A DNA stretch of 63,484 bases, the filler included, from Dimorphilus gyrociliatus (lineage: Eukaryota; Animalia; Annelida), in NCBI GenBank assembly GCA_904063045.1. It is 3 parts of 3 records of this genome, joined end to end, with 100 filler letters (N's around TTAATTAATTAA, not from the genome) between each part and the next. Parts side by side here need not be neighbours in the genome. Positions count along the whole stretch, not along the records: positions 45,647 to 63,484 come from CAJFCJ010000183.1; 2 more parts are not named here. One strand, given 5' to 3'. Made by a program: the position numbers and the translations under genes. The notes beneath the pieces are model-generated. The model saw only the letters and a program-made list of their open reading frames with translations. It made no database searches and was not told the DNA's origin. Positions 51,701 through 63,484 of the stretch are shown here, in pieces. How positions within the stretch are numbered: position 1 is the stretch's first letter; the number at the start of each line of letters is the position of its first letter.

Positions 51701-52124
51701 CCCCCCTCAGGTACAAAGGCACAATTTAATGATGGAAAGCAGTCAAAGAGTGTTTTGATATTCTAATTTTGAACATTTGTTTAATCAAGTAGAATTGAAT
51801 ACTGTTTTATTTCTCAAATGCATATAAAATATTCAATGTTCAAAAATAAAGACATTAATTGTGAAATACTGATCAATGCCTAGTATTCTCATAACAGAAG
51901 AAGACTACATACAAAATCTTTGCAATAAATGTATTCTTGTTAACAGTTGAAGAGTTTTTCACAAAAAATATTTGGACTACTTAAACTAAAGTTAGAAATA
52001 TTTCATATTGCTTTGTGCACTGATATTTTTTTTAGAACTGAGCAGAAAGCAGAAATTTTAGATTGAAGTTTACTGTATAAAGAAACAGTGTGTCTACCAA
52101 ACTAAAGTGAGTGTTAACTCATTA

Positions 52125-52837
52125 TTACTTCAGATGCTTCAGAAGCTTCATCGGAAATTTTAAAACAGCATCTACAGGTACTGAGACATCAGCATGTACA
52201 ATTACAATTCGCATTCCAGCTCTCCCTATTACAATAGTTCCGTCTCGATAGTCGCGATAAGCAATTGCAGTGAAGTTGTGTCCAATAAAGCGATAAGTAC
52301 CTCAACGAATGTAAAAAGTAAGTTGCTGTTTTGACAAAATATTAATGTTTGTTTTAAATATTTTTCTTTTTAAAACTTTTAAATTATTTTCAAATTACCT
52401 CAAGAGCTCCAAAGTCATACTTGCTTAGCTTTTCAAAAATTAGTTGTCGTTGAGCATCAGTTATTCGTACATTTAGTCCACCAGAATGTTTTGTTTCGAA
52501 GGATCCATCTTTACCAATAATAGTAATTTGGTCAACAATGTGAGCTCCATTGTCCAATGTTATTCCGTTAATCCAAATTGGAACTTGACTATCAAAGTTT
52601 TCTCTTTTAGTTAACTTTTAAAGAAAGGATTAAATGTTAAATTAAAATTTCAACCAAAAAAGTAATTATTTTTTTTACCAAATTATCAACCAATTCCCTT
52701 AAACTGTTCAATTCATTTTCCTTTTTCACTTTCTCATTTAAATTTCTTAGATAATTTAAGACAGAATTCTCTTCATAGGCTCCAGTAAAACAAATGCAAA
52801 AAGAAATAAGTAAACATATTTTCCATAGCTTCAACAT
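52125..52837 (-). pseudogene. Signal peptide + propeptide(KR) + profilin-like domain, 191 codons with one in-frame TGA; exons 52837-52679, 52614-52399, 52325-52125
   Basis: Two phase-0 GT-AG introns (64 and 73 bp). The mature part IWINGITLDNGAHIVDQITIIGKDG..SGGLNVRIT..LTFYIR*GTYRFI..GTIVIGRAGMRIVIVH..VDAVLKFPMKLLKHL aligns by eye with the profilin pattern. Confidence 0.65.
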
Positions 52838-52892
52838 AATTTTAAGCTACGAATTCTGTTTTGAGAATGAAACTGGTTGGCATCTATTTATA

Positions 52893-55559
52893 GAATATGG
52901 TTGAAAGGGTCCGCAATTGAAAGGGTCCGCAGTTGAAAAGGTCCGCAAGCTGATTGAAAGGGTCTGCAAGTCAATTGAAAGGGTCCGCAACTCAAATTAA
53001 ATTGTCTGCATATTGATTGAAAGACTTCCTAACAATTTTTTTTATAATTCTGCATCAAATTAGAAAAAAGAAAATCATAACATTGGTATGTTTTGCACCA
53101 GTTTTCACAATAAGAGTGTTTTGCTAGTTTGATTGATTGCAGGGAAAATCTCAGGTATGCAAACTTTTCCATAATTTTCTCTTGCATCTTTAGTTGTTTA
53201 AATATTATAGAAGCAAATAAAGCAGTATTATTACATTTTCTTTCAGAGATTTCTTATCAGAGTTTTTTCTCTACAAAATAATATTAGATTTCAAAAATGA
53301 TGCCACAATGCTTTTCTTGCAAAGAGACAATAAACAAGCAAAAAAAGAGAAAATGCTCTCTTTGTATGCATACTAATCATTGGATTTGTCTACAAGGTAT
53401 GTTAAAAATCATTTTTAATCAAATTTATATGTATCATATTATTTCTTGCAGACAATCTGTGTGCACTTTGTGTTTCAATTCAAAATTGCCAAGCAAAGAT
53501 TGTGTTAAGATGTGACAAAAAGGAATTTGAAGCTAAACAAATAGTTTCTGACAATGAAATGATTGATTCTCTTATCACAAGTGATGAAATAGCTGATGAA
53601 AACCATACTCAAGAAGATTTGGAAGACCACAAGATTGGCACATATTTTTATACTGATGTACCTATTGCGAAAGATATTACAGTTGTTTCACAAAGAGAAG
53701 GAAGTGTCATTGAAGAAATTGCTGCAAAAGTACAATCAAATGAGGACACAAACATGAATGTGTGAACTTTAAGTGAAAACATGATAAATTAATAAATTAA
53801 TATACATTTCTATTTTTAACAGGTTGATGAAAGTTCATTTGAAGATGTAGAAGAGAGTATTTTGCTGACTGATGGATCTTTTGAAATATTTGAAAATGGA
53901 AGTCAAAAAGGAAAACCTCTGCTTCTTCATAATGGATTTTCATATACAGTTAAACAAACAAGAAAATGTAATCGAATTTGGAAATGTAGTGGCAAAAATA
54001 AAAAAGGAAAATGTCCTGGAAGTGTTAATGAAAATGGTGGTAACTTTACATTAGGCTCTAAACCTCACAATCATTCATCAAAGAAAAATCTAAAGCAAAT
54101 TACAAAAATGAAAGTGCAAATAAAAAAAAGAGCAGAATCAGAAAAAAAGACATCTGCATTGAGAATTGTGGAAGATGCCTATATTCAACAAGATATTGTG
54201 TCAAATTTTCCAAAAATTACAAATTGCAAGCAGGTTGTTAATTACCACAGAAGAAAAAACCAACCAAAAGAACCAGAATCCTTGACATTTTTACTTAATC
54301 ACTCCTTTATTGCTGATAGTTTCCTTCAATGTGATTTATTACATCAAAATGAAAGAGTATTAATTTTTGCAACAGCAAAACAATTAAAACTATTATCATC
54401 ATCAAAGATTTGGTATATGGATGGCACCTTTAAAGTTGTCAATCAACCATTCAAGCAAATGTTTTCAATCCATAGTTTTTTGAAAAAAGATGGAGAAATA
54501 AAACAAGTTCCATTGCTTTTTGCTCTGTTTTCTTCCAAAAAGAGAGCAGCATACTCACTTTTGTTCAAAGTATGTTTTCAAATGATATTGAATACATGTA
54601 AGATTAACCTTTTCCTTTTTCATCAGAATGTAAAAGAATTGATTGGTGATTATTCACCCAAAACCATAAGAATGGATTTTGAGAAGGCACTTTGGAAAGC
54701 AGTCTCAAAATTGTTTCCTGCAGCTGAATCAAAAGGTTGTTTATTCCATTGGAGCCAAGCAGTCTTCAGAAAAATTCAAGTGATATTGAAAATTAATAAT
54801 AAAATGTATAATATTAATTTTTTTGTTTGTTTCAAAGGAACTAGGATATGCATCAGATTACAAAAATCACACAGGTCAATATGCTGAAATGAGAAATTTA
54901 ATGGCTTTGCCATTTCTACCTCCAAATATCATTCCACAGGAATTTAACAAAATAAAAGAGTACTTTAATAGCATTAGGAAACTAGGTGATTTGATTAATT
55001 ATATAGAAAACACATGGATAGATACTTATATATGGCCACCTTCTTCATGGTCTGTTTTTGATGTTGCTATAAGAACCAACAATGATGTGGAAGGTTTTCA
55101 TAACAGATTGAATTTAAATGTTGGAAACAGCAAATCATTTTATAATCTTCTAGATGAGTTTAAAAGAGAAGCTGATCTTGTGCCAGTAATTCAAAAAATG
55201 CTATCTGAAAAAAAATTTGAAGTGTTATCAAAAAAAGATTTATGTAAATCTGCAAAAGAAGATTTTTGATATATGGGAAAATTTCAAAATTGGGCAGATA
55301 ACATGTTCAGAAGTCTTAGATATTTGTTCCAAGTTATACTTTTCAAATTGACATAAATTTAATCAACAAATTTTCATTTACTTTATCAGTTTGAAACAAA
55401 ATAAATTATTACAAATTAACCATTCATTATCTTTTTCATTTCTTGTCTTTTTTTATGATTTCATAAGAAAAAAACATTTTCAAGTCTTTTTACTTTTCTT
55501 GCAGACCCTTTCAATCAGCTTGCGGACCTTTTCAACTGCAGACCCTTTCAACCGGTCCC
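52893..55559 (+). mobile_element. Mutator-like (MULE) DNA transposon 2
   Basis: Exact 9-bp TSD ctatttata (52884-52892, 55560-55568); TIRs of tandem ttgaaagggtccgca units. Confidence 0.95.
53297..55350 (+). pseudogene. PHD-FLYWCH-MULE transposase, intron-containing, late frameshift in an A-run near 55210
   Basis: CFSC..CSLCMHTNHWICLQ/DNLCALC; GSQKGKPLLLHNGFSY..WKC; YMDGTF, MDFE, GCLFHW, NNDVEGFHNR. Confidence 0.88.
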
Positions 55560-55769
55560 CTATTTATATAGTCTAAAACATTTTTTATTTATGAGAAAAA
55601 CTGGTTTTATTCAATATAAAGTAAAGTTATTGTACACTTATGAACTATAGTTTATAGATATTTTATAAATGATACTTACTATATGGTAGAAGTGTTGAAG
55701 TAGATGTTGCCTCTAGGGTAGATGGTACCGAACTGCCAGAATCAACCCCTTTTATAGGCAAAGGATAAG

Positions 55770-56066
55770 ATGTTACATAACAAACATGTTGACAACAACA
55801 ACAAGTGTTTATTTACATAAATATGATGTAAGAATTGATCCTTGATGGGTAACCTACACAAAGTTGTTGTTGTTTACATCACTATTGCATAATATGATAA
55901 CCCTTGACCCTGTTTGTTGTGAACAATCCTTATCTGGGGTTAGACCCTTGTTGTTGACAGCCAAGGCATAAACAACTGATAAGGAATTGTATAAAAGCAG
56001 GGCGTAGGCAGTAACAGGCATTCAGTCCTGAATCAACTCCCTTAGTGAACAGGTCTAGTATTACAA
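55770..56066 (+). repeat. LTR-like repeat copy
   Basis: Homologous to 15270-15470 and 27700-27790. Confidence 0.6.
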
Positions 56067-56480
56067 TTTTCGCAGAGTTCTAGTTTCCTCACTAGTTTGC
56101 TACAGTCATCTAGGTTCATCTGTTTAAACTGTGGACAGTTTCTTAAGAGGTGTGGCTTTTCGCAAGCATAATATTCAAGCTCTTTTTCTCTGCAAGACTT
56201 TTCTTATTCCTTTCTTTCGTCATAATTTGCTGCTGGTTTATTGCCCTTTTTAGTCAACGGCTTTGAGCATCTACAAGCTCTGACAAGTTTTTTTTTGACA
56301 ACCTTGAATTGACTGTTCATCTTTCCAGCCTGTCATTGAGTGAGTGCTCATATTGAACTTGCTGGCGACATCCTGTATTGTGTCCAACTGCTCACTTTCC
56401 AAATCATTCTTGTCCTCGTAATCAGCGTAGACCAAACTAGCATCCAACATAAGGAGTAGAAGGCTTTTTCCTCACTGGTT
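56067..56480 (-). mobile_element. BEL/Pao gag fragment
   Basis: YYACEKPHLLRNCPQFKQMNLDDCSKLVRKLELCEN knuckle pattern. Confidence 0.7.
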
Positions 56481-56504
56481 TAATTCAAATTGAAGTTTGC
56501 CTTT

Positions 56505-56827
56505 TACATTCATTCATCACTTTACATTCATATCTATCTTTAGTAACAGGATTTTACGAGATCCAACAATTATATGGACTAATTAAATATTAATTAAACC
56601 AGACCTTAGGAAAACCTATTAATTATAGCTTGGTCACGTCTAAAGAGGGTTATTTAAATTATAGCTTTGCCATGCCTTATCATTAAAAGTTGAACCTCTA
56701 CGATGACTAATTGAAATATAACTGGATTGAACCTTACTGTGTTTTCCTGCGTAGGTTAGATAGTCAGATTGTTCTAAGTTGTGTATAGTACTACAGTTTA
56801 AGCATAAAATATAATGAAAGTTGTACA
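56505..56827 (-). repeat. Solo LTR related to the env-Gypsy 3' LTR
   Basis: Shares catcactttaca, tatctttagtaacaggat, aattata.cttgg, gcgtaggtt and the terminal aaagttgtaca with 32270-32571. Confidence 0.75.
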
Positions 56828-57900
56828 ATACCATATAACACAATTGAATGGAATAACAAACATGTAAAAACTATAAAAAGTGGAAAAGTTATCCTAAGCC
56901 TACACCCAAACAAAGTAGAAATACACTTTAAAAATAATTTAACAACACAGAAAATTGTTGTTATTAGAGAAGAGAATGAACTTGTTGGCCCATTCCTTAA
57001 TTTTTAAATTGAAAATATCAACAAAAATATTAAGAATTATGAAGGAATTATTGGAAATGTTGGGAATAGAATATTCACTTCTATCCCATCAATAGAAGAT
57101 GATAGTATAGCTATATTTAAAATGGATAAAAAGTTCATTCAAGTAAAAAACAAGATTAGATATGGAAGGAGTTGTTGGTAAATTGAATTCAAAGATTTAA
57201 TATCTAAAGAAGAAATATTCAAATTTATATTTCAAACTTAAAGTTTATACTGAATAGCTTTAATCCAATCTACCAAACCAAACACTAGCTAAAAAGTAAA
57301 AATGTGTTATGTAGCACTTAGGTAGCTTTGAAACTACTCTTTCAATTTCTTTAAACACAGCACAAAGCATACGAAAGAAAATTTATAAATAGTTTCTTTG
57401 TTTTTTATTGCTTAGGATACTTCTTTATTATTTCTATAATAGGTACGGTTTCCTTAAAATATGCTAGTCATTTCCTGTTGTGAACATTACATATAGTGAA
57501 CCCAGTCATTTAGATCAGGCCTTAAGTTATTAAGCTGAGTCATCCAAATCATATGACAATGAATCAGACGGTGATTTTTAGATATCTTTTGTCTTATAGT
57601 CACGTGATACACACTATTTTATAAATAAAACAAGATTTTAAATATTGAAAAAGCATAAATCTAAAATAATTTTTAACTTCCCAATCAAAAAGATACGTAT
57701 CATTCAAAATGTCAAAATATCAAAATGTGTTCCATATTTTACGATGTCTCAATGAGTTAGCAATTTTTTTTTCTTCTATCGTCAAAGTAATTTCGTTTTT
57801 TAAAAGAATTTTTTCTATTGGATAGCTCGATATGGAAGAAAAGTAAAAAATAATTGAATTCTGATTGGAATTTTTTATATCTTGACTCTCCCTTTTTTAG

Positions 57901-58105
57901 AAATAAACAGGAACACGATGAATTACTGAGACAAATTCGGTGTAAAATTTGTCTATCTACCATTGCAAATTCTATATTTTTGCCATGTTGTCATTTGGTC
58001 TCATGTCAATCATGTCTAGTAAAACTCCTGAGGCAACGATGTCCAGTTTGCAGAGAAAATATAAGAGCCTACATTGTCACAAAGTCTGATTTAGATAATC
58101 CTTAA
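57901..58105 (+). CDS. Terminal exon encoding an IAP-type C3HC4 RING finger (E3 ligase); upstream exon(s) unresolved
   Basis: CKICLSTIANSIFLPCCHLVSCQSCLVKLLRQRCPVCR; acceptor ccttttttag at 57900. Confidence 0.8.
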
Positions 58106-58899
58106 AAAGATTATTCCTTATTTTTGCCATGTCCTTATGTGATATCGTGTAAAACCTGTCTAGTGCAATTCAAGAGTTCCAGTTCGGAGAGAATTTATCA
58201 AAGCCAACAGATAACATTATTACATATTTTCATTATTAATTTTGGTATTGATAAAGAGAAAATTGACCTGTCACCGTAGTTCTCCACAAAGATTGACTCT
58301 TCTCTGCCACATTTTGAAATTTATCCTGCAGAATTGTTGTGCTCCTGCCAATCGTTCTTTCATTATTATCGAGCAATATATGCTATTAGATTTAAGAATA
58401 GTGTTTACAATGAAACGAGTTTTTATATATCAGCTAGGCAACAAGAATGCTAATGAATTCTATGGGGAAAAGTTGACTGTCCTTTGAGGAGAAAGAGAAT
58501 CTATTTATTGACAACGTATGTTTCTTCTGATTAATATGCATAATATGCAAATTTCAGTCGACAATTGAATGTATTCTGACAAATAGATAAGAAAATATAT
58601 AAATAAATAGAAAAAATAAAATTATTTTGTGTTGCTGACTATTTCGAGCATTTCACAATTTATCAACATTGGTAAACATTTCCCTTGAAAATAAGTTATA
58701 ATTCAATTAGCCTCTTGGTAAAGATACACATGAAAATGACAATTGTCCTATTGCAAAGTGATGATTGACCAACCTCAGCTATAAAGTTTAATATCAATAT
58801 GTGTTAGAGAGTTTTTGCCGTGTGTAATTTTAGATTAAATTATGCTTATAATCATTCATGCTGTATTGAATATTTGAATTGTCACCATTGAACATTGAC

Positions 58900-60880
58900 T
58901 CATGCAGGCGATACATAGAAGAGAGTTAATGATGTTAACTTCCAATTTTCATTGTATATGCTATTTCTTGTCTCTACTGATAGAACATCACCTTGATCCA
59001 ATTTCAATAGCCCTCCTCTGCTCATAGTTTCAGGACCTGCTAATTTTCGTAGTCTTTGCATTCCTAATTTTTTTTCACCATTCACCATAATAAATATTAC
59101 AGATTGCTGATTTGGCCATGTTCCAACAGATACATCAATATGATACAAACCAGAAACTTTTACTAAATAACTATCAGTAGTAGAATTCCAACCTGAATTT
59201 GTGTCATAAACAATTCGGTCATAGCCAATTTTTACAGTGGAAAATGTTTGTAAACTAGTAGTTCTATAGGCATAGAATGCTGGCATTTCTTCACTTGAAT
59301 TTAATTTAAAACCAGATATATATGTTGAAAGATCATTTGATTCTGTTGCACCTTGAATTAATCTTAGTGAAATTGTATCAGCTTCTTTTAAATACACAAC
59401 CAATCCTCTAGACGTTTGAGAAGTGTAGAGAGCCGCATGACCTCTTACAATCATTCTTTCATTTGATAACGATTCCCCATTGATAACTAAACTTAAAATG
59501 GATATTTTTCTGTATACAAATCCATTTCCAAAATGAATAAAATACCATCCTTCTGATAAAACTCTTAAACTCAGGTTATCATTTACTAAACTTACTCCCT
59601 TCATAGATAAAACTTTATTGAATCTGATCAAATATCCAGATGTGTAATAACTTGTAGTTGATGCAAGGAAAAATAGACTTGTTGGCTGATACAAAAAACC
59701 AGACCATGATGTTTCAGCGCCGTTTTCACTGCTTACAGCTGTTGCTTGGAAAAGGTATATATCAGGATTATCGCGTGATGTTAATTGTAATATTCCAGTT
59801 CTACTAATGCTATCTCTTTGAGCGTGTAGACTTTGCTGAATGCCAAATAATTCCCTTTTTGCACGCAAACTCATCCCGAAGAGACGATGATTAATTGTTG
59901 CGCCTGTTGTACCAGTAAATGAAAAAAAGTAAAAACCACTCTTTTTTATATTCAACTTGTTTGTAGATGCATTAAATAAATTTCCATTGTCGTGATTTAT
60001 TTTTTGCCATTGGGCTGTGCCACTCCTGTGAGTACGGGTTGTAGTCATTGATACCATAAATGCTGGATTCTTTTCCAAATGACACGGAGGATTTTGACAT
60101 ACTACCACTTCGACTGATTCTCCTGGGCATTCGGGTCCTCCATTAGATGGTGGTGGATTTGTACAATCTCTTGTACGTATTCTAAGGCCATCGCCGCAGT
60201 TTGGATCGCAATCACTCCAATTCGACCATTCGGTCCAGCCTCCTGGTTTTGGACAATTTGCTTCTTCACTAGTTACGCATATTCTTGTTGCGCAATCTCG
60301 AATATTATATGATGGACTAAAGAAATAGCCAGGTGGACACTGTTGAGGCCAAGCAACTCCATTATGACAATGATAGTATTGTCTACAATCATTCATATTG
60401 GGAAATGTTCCGTTGTGATTGCCTTCGCACTCACTATTCTCCACATAACAAGCCTCTTTATACATATTTTTACCATTGGTGTTTGTTGAACACTTTCGAG
60501 CAGTGTCTAGGCTTTGTATTGTTGTTGAAACTTCTCCAGGACAAAAGGCATCATGTGGTTCAACACACATTGAATATTTACAATCCTTTACACTAATGGA
60601 AAAGAAAAGTCGTGGAGGACATTGTTGGCTATATGCCGTATCATTAATACAATGATAATAAATTCCACAATTCTCCGGATCACCATAAACACCATCAATT
60701 GGTTTCAATGCTGAATCAACTGGACAAGTAAAATCGCCATGGTTACATTGGACCATTAAAAATACTGCAAAAGGAAGCAAAAACAAAAAACAACAAAAAA
60801 TGAAAAACAATTTTTTTTTAAATTTGTTAAAAAAAAGAAAACAAATATTTACTTATTAAAAATGATAGTAAACTTCTCAT
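58900..60880 (-). CDS. Secreted SP-ChtBD2-ChtBD2-TSP1-C1q-C1q-C1q protein, 630 aa; exons 60880-60853, 60764-58900
   Basis: Signal MRSLLSFLIIFLMVQCNHG (the intron replaces the ORF-track start); two CBM14 motifs (DPENCGIYYHC..QQCPP.LFF; DCRQYYHC..QQCPPGYFF); TSP1 WTEWSNWSDC..CGDGLRIRTRDCTNPPP; three gC1q repeats with F..F..(SG/EG).Y.F..W/FSGF. Confidence 0.92.
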
Positions 60881-61219
60881 CTTGAAGTTTAGTAGAGTAC
60901 CTTCTTTATTGATTGAGATGCATATTTTATTTGAATATTTATACTCAAAATGACAGAGTTTATCATTTTTATTATCAATATTATCTATAGGTATGAGTTT
61001 TTGACCAGTTTATTTTCTTTATACATACTTTGTGATCTTTCAATTTCTTGATACTTTATGATTAAATCTGAAAAAAGAGATAAATTTTTTGATTGTAAGT
61101 GGAACTCTAAGAAAAAAAGATAAACAAATATTTTTTTTTTACAAAACACCAATTTTAAATATAACATTTTTAACAGTGATTTTAAGCTTAGTTAAAAAAG
61201 GAGAGGGAAGTGATATTAA

Positions 61220-62200
61220 AGTAGCTTTATAAGATTTATTTTTCGCTTATAGTACGGAATTGCGGACAATTCCGTCTAAAATTATTTCTCAGCTTTCTCA
61301 CACCGTTTTGGATACATTCACTCTCTTTTATACCTTTGCTAGCGTCACCTAACTGGGTCCTTGACAGTGATCATTCGTGGTGCCACGTTTGTGCCACATT
61401 GTTCTCTATCTACTGTCCTAGCTTCGGCTAAGTCAAGCTCTCCCTTTAAGTGACGCGTACATATTGACATACATTCACTGGCTCACACTATCAAGCACAG
61501 AGTATAACATTCTGTTCAGTAGCTTTTGTAGGTAAAGGAAAAAAAAGACGGGTTACAAAATTGTACTTTGTTGTATCTTGATCGTAAGAATTTCGTTCTC
61601 GTCCCAACCGTAGTCGTCTGCACTGCTCATTTAATAATACACCAAAGCACTGGTTCCATTCATCCTGGGTATTTGGGTCAGATATATTTCATAAGATGTA
61701 ACAATTTCAGTAACATTCAATTCAACCATTGAATGTGAGAAGATAGAACTGCAGTCCAAAAGTCAACAATAGTCAAGTTTGACCTTTTAGTACTCTTTAG
61801 CTGGCTGCTAAATTAATGTTCATAGGTAGATAAGTAAGACAAATGTAGTTTATAAGATTTTGTTTTTCGCTTATAGCACGAAATTCCTAAGAATTTCGTA
61901 TAAATTGTATTTGATATTCTTTTGGTCTCTCACACTGTTCTATTACATTCACTCCCTTTTATACTTTGTTAGTGTCACTTAATTGGGTGTTTGACTGTGC
62001 TCATCTGCATTGCCACGTTCATGCCACGTCGTTATTTACCTCGTGACATAACATCAAGTTGGACTGTCCCAGCTCTGGGCTAAGTCAAACTCCCTTCTTA
62101 AGTGACGCTCACATACTGACGCTCACATACTGACTCACATTTACTCATAACATGTAATGTGAACAGAACGTTAGCATATAAATATTCTGTTTATGTAGTT
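61220..62200 (-). mobile_element. Internally deleted Gypsy-derived element: LTR - leader/gag start - LTR
   Basis: Two diverged direct repeats (about 61220-61520 and 61700-62200) flank a segment homologous to the Gypsy leader at 38995-39100 (MSSADDYGWDENEILTIKIQQST vs MIGVDKFDSDELGLPTITIQQST). Confidence 0.65.
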
Positions 62201-63484
62201 TTGTAATTGTTATTAAATTCATTACATTCATTTGTAAGGATTTCTTTTTGTGCAAATGCCTGCGTTCATTTTGCTATTTATATAATAATATTGTGCGTGG
62301 CCCTGCACATAATTTCTTATAAAATGCGGTTAACTTTGCTTCTTTCTAAGCAATTAATGATCACATAGGATGAAGACAAATACAATATAAGAATAGATTT
62401 ATTAAACCATCCTTCTAGATCATTGTTGATTCTGATTGCCTCATCATGTATTGACTAGTTTTGTGATAGAAAATATCTATAAAACCACTAGTTATTGATG
62501 TAAATCCATTAAAACTCTGAATGTATAGAAGCTGTCTGAACATTATTATTGAAAGAAGTTTTAATAATGTTGGATGGCAGAAATGATAATGTCATTATAT
62601 TTTGCATGGTGTTATAGCTGCCACCTATTCCCTTTTATTCACAAAAGCAGCTCAGTTCCTGTATTTAAAAATTTTCATTTTGATTGACTCTAACAAGACA
62701 CCTTTGACTCTTATTTCTTCTGTCGCATATCAACACAGTTCTCTTTTTGATTTTAAATGAAATACTAAAAGAAAAGCCATTATGAACTAATTAATTCCCG
62801 CCTTACTGGCTTCTATTTTTTATAATTTCAAATTTAGAGGAACAATTGTTTTCAACAGGTTATTATTCATTTTAATAGTGAGCGTTTTCATTAGTATTCC
62901 TATCCTAGTCAAACCATAAAAACATTAAAACCAAAAAATTTATTAAAATTACAAAAAAAATTAAGAAAAAACTTTATCTTTATGACACAGAAATTCACTC
63001 AGATAGATAGATTTAAAGGTTCAAATATATTAAATATCAGTGACGAAAAAGAAAGGATATCATTTTTTTCAAAAGTATCTCTTACCAGTTTATAGTTAAT
63101 CTTTGAATTTTCATAAACCTGATGAAAATTTAAGAAAAAGGGAAAAATTTTTTAAAAAAGACATATTTTACATACGAAAAGATAAACATTGTTAATATTG
63201 AAATTTCCATTGAAGCATATTTCGTTTTTATGCATAAACTGTAGACAATTTAAAATATCTTTGATAATTCTCAATTTCCTCTTTATTGACATATTTAAAT
63301 AATTATCTTAGTTGGAGAAAAACTTTCTAAATTATCATTGCAAAAGCAAACTATATTAAAATATTTTCTCTTTCTATAAAGTTGATTGCTGCAAAGAAAT
63401 ATTTTTGACCTTGAACTTTGATATAAATATTTAAGTTAAAAGTATCTAACTATTTTTATAAAGTTGTGATTTTTCTTTGAAAAA

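Noticed and set aside
52302-52304. Selenocysteine or readthrough at the in-frame TGA
   Set aside because: It aligns to a Gly position, has no readthrough context, and no SECIS was recognised; a nonsense mutation or base-call error is simpler
1224-60596. Many short antisense ORFs in the track (e.g. 1224-1601, 18015-18329, 21861-22193, 34958-35482, 60333-60596)
   Set aside because: They are shadow frames of real genes or transposon ORFs on the opposite strand
1187-60880. Innate-immunity gene cluster (PKR-like, F-lectin, LRR remnants, C1q protein)
   Set aside because: The genes are spread over three unlinked contigs, and these families are abundant in such genomes
62220-63484. Possible LRR pseudogene at the window end (also 56860-57250)
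   Set aside because: Only a few weak LxxLxL-like words among many stops

Overview
AT-rich, compact invertebrate genomic DNA with 50-70 bp GT-AG introns; the gene content suggests a spiralian, but the taxon cannot be fixed from sequence alone. The window is three contigs joined by artificial N44-TTAATTAATTAA-N44 spacers (26187-26286, 45547-45646), so adjacency across the spacers means nothing. Host genes reconstructed by hand with splice sites: a single-dsRBM PKR-like eIF2alpha kinase, a secreted multi-domain F-type lectin, a 926-aa DEG/ENaC channel with a ~500-aa extracellular insertion (plus pseudogene fragments of paralogues), a stomatin, an apparently secreted profilin-fold protein with one in-frame TGA, a RING exon, and an SP-ChtBD2x2-TSP1-C1q x3 protein. 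Pseudogenes: GPCR, LRR and discoidin-like. Mobile DNA: two near-complete PHD-FLYWCH-MULE transposons with exact 9-bp TSDs, four MULE-type MITEs with telomere-like cores, Tc1 remnants and a Tc1 MITE, BEL/Pao remnants, and a family of env-bearing Gypsy elements. One Gypsy copy has an in-frame RNaseH-integrase-protease-acidic spacer-envelope polyprotein, with a class III fusogen-like envelope.
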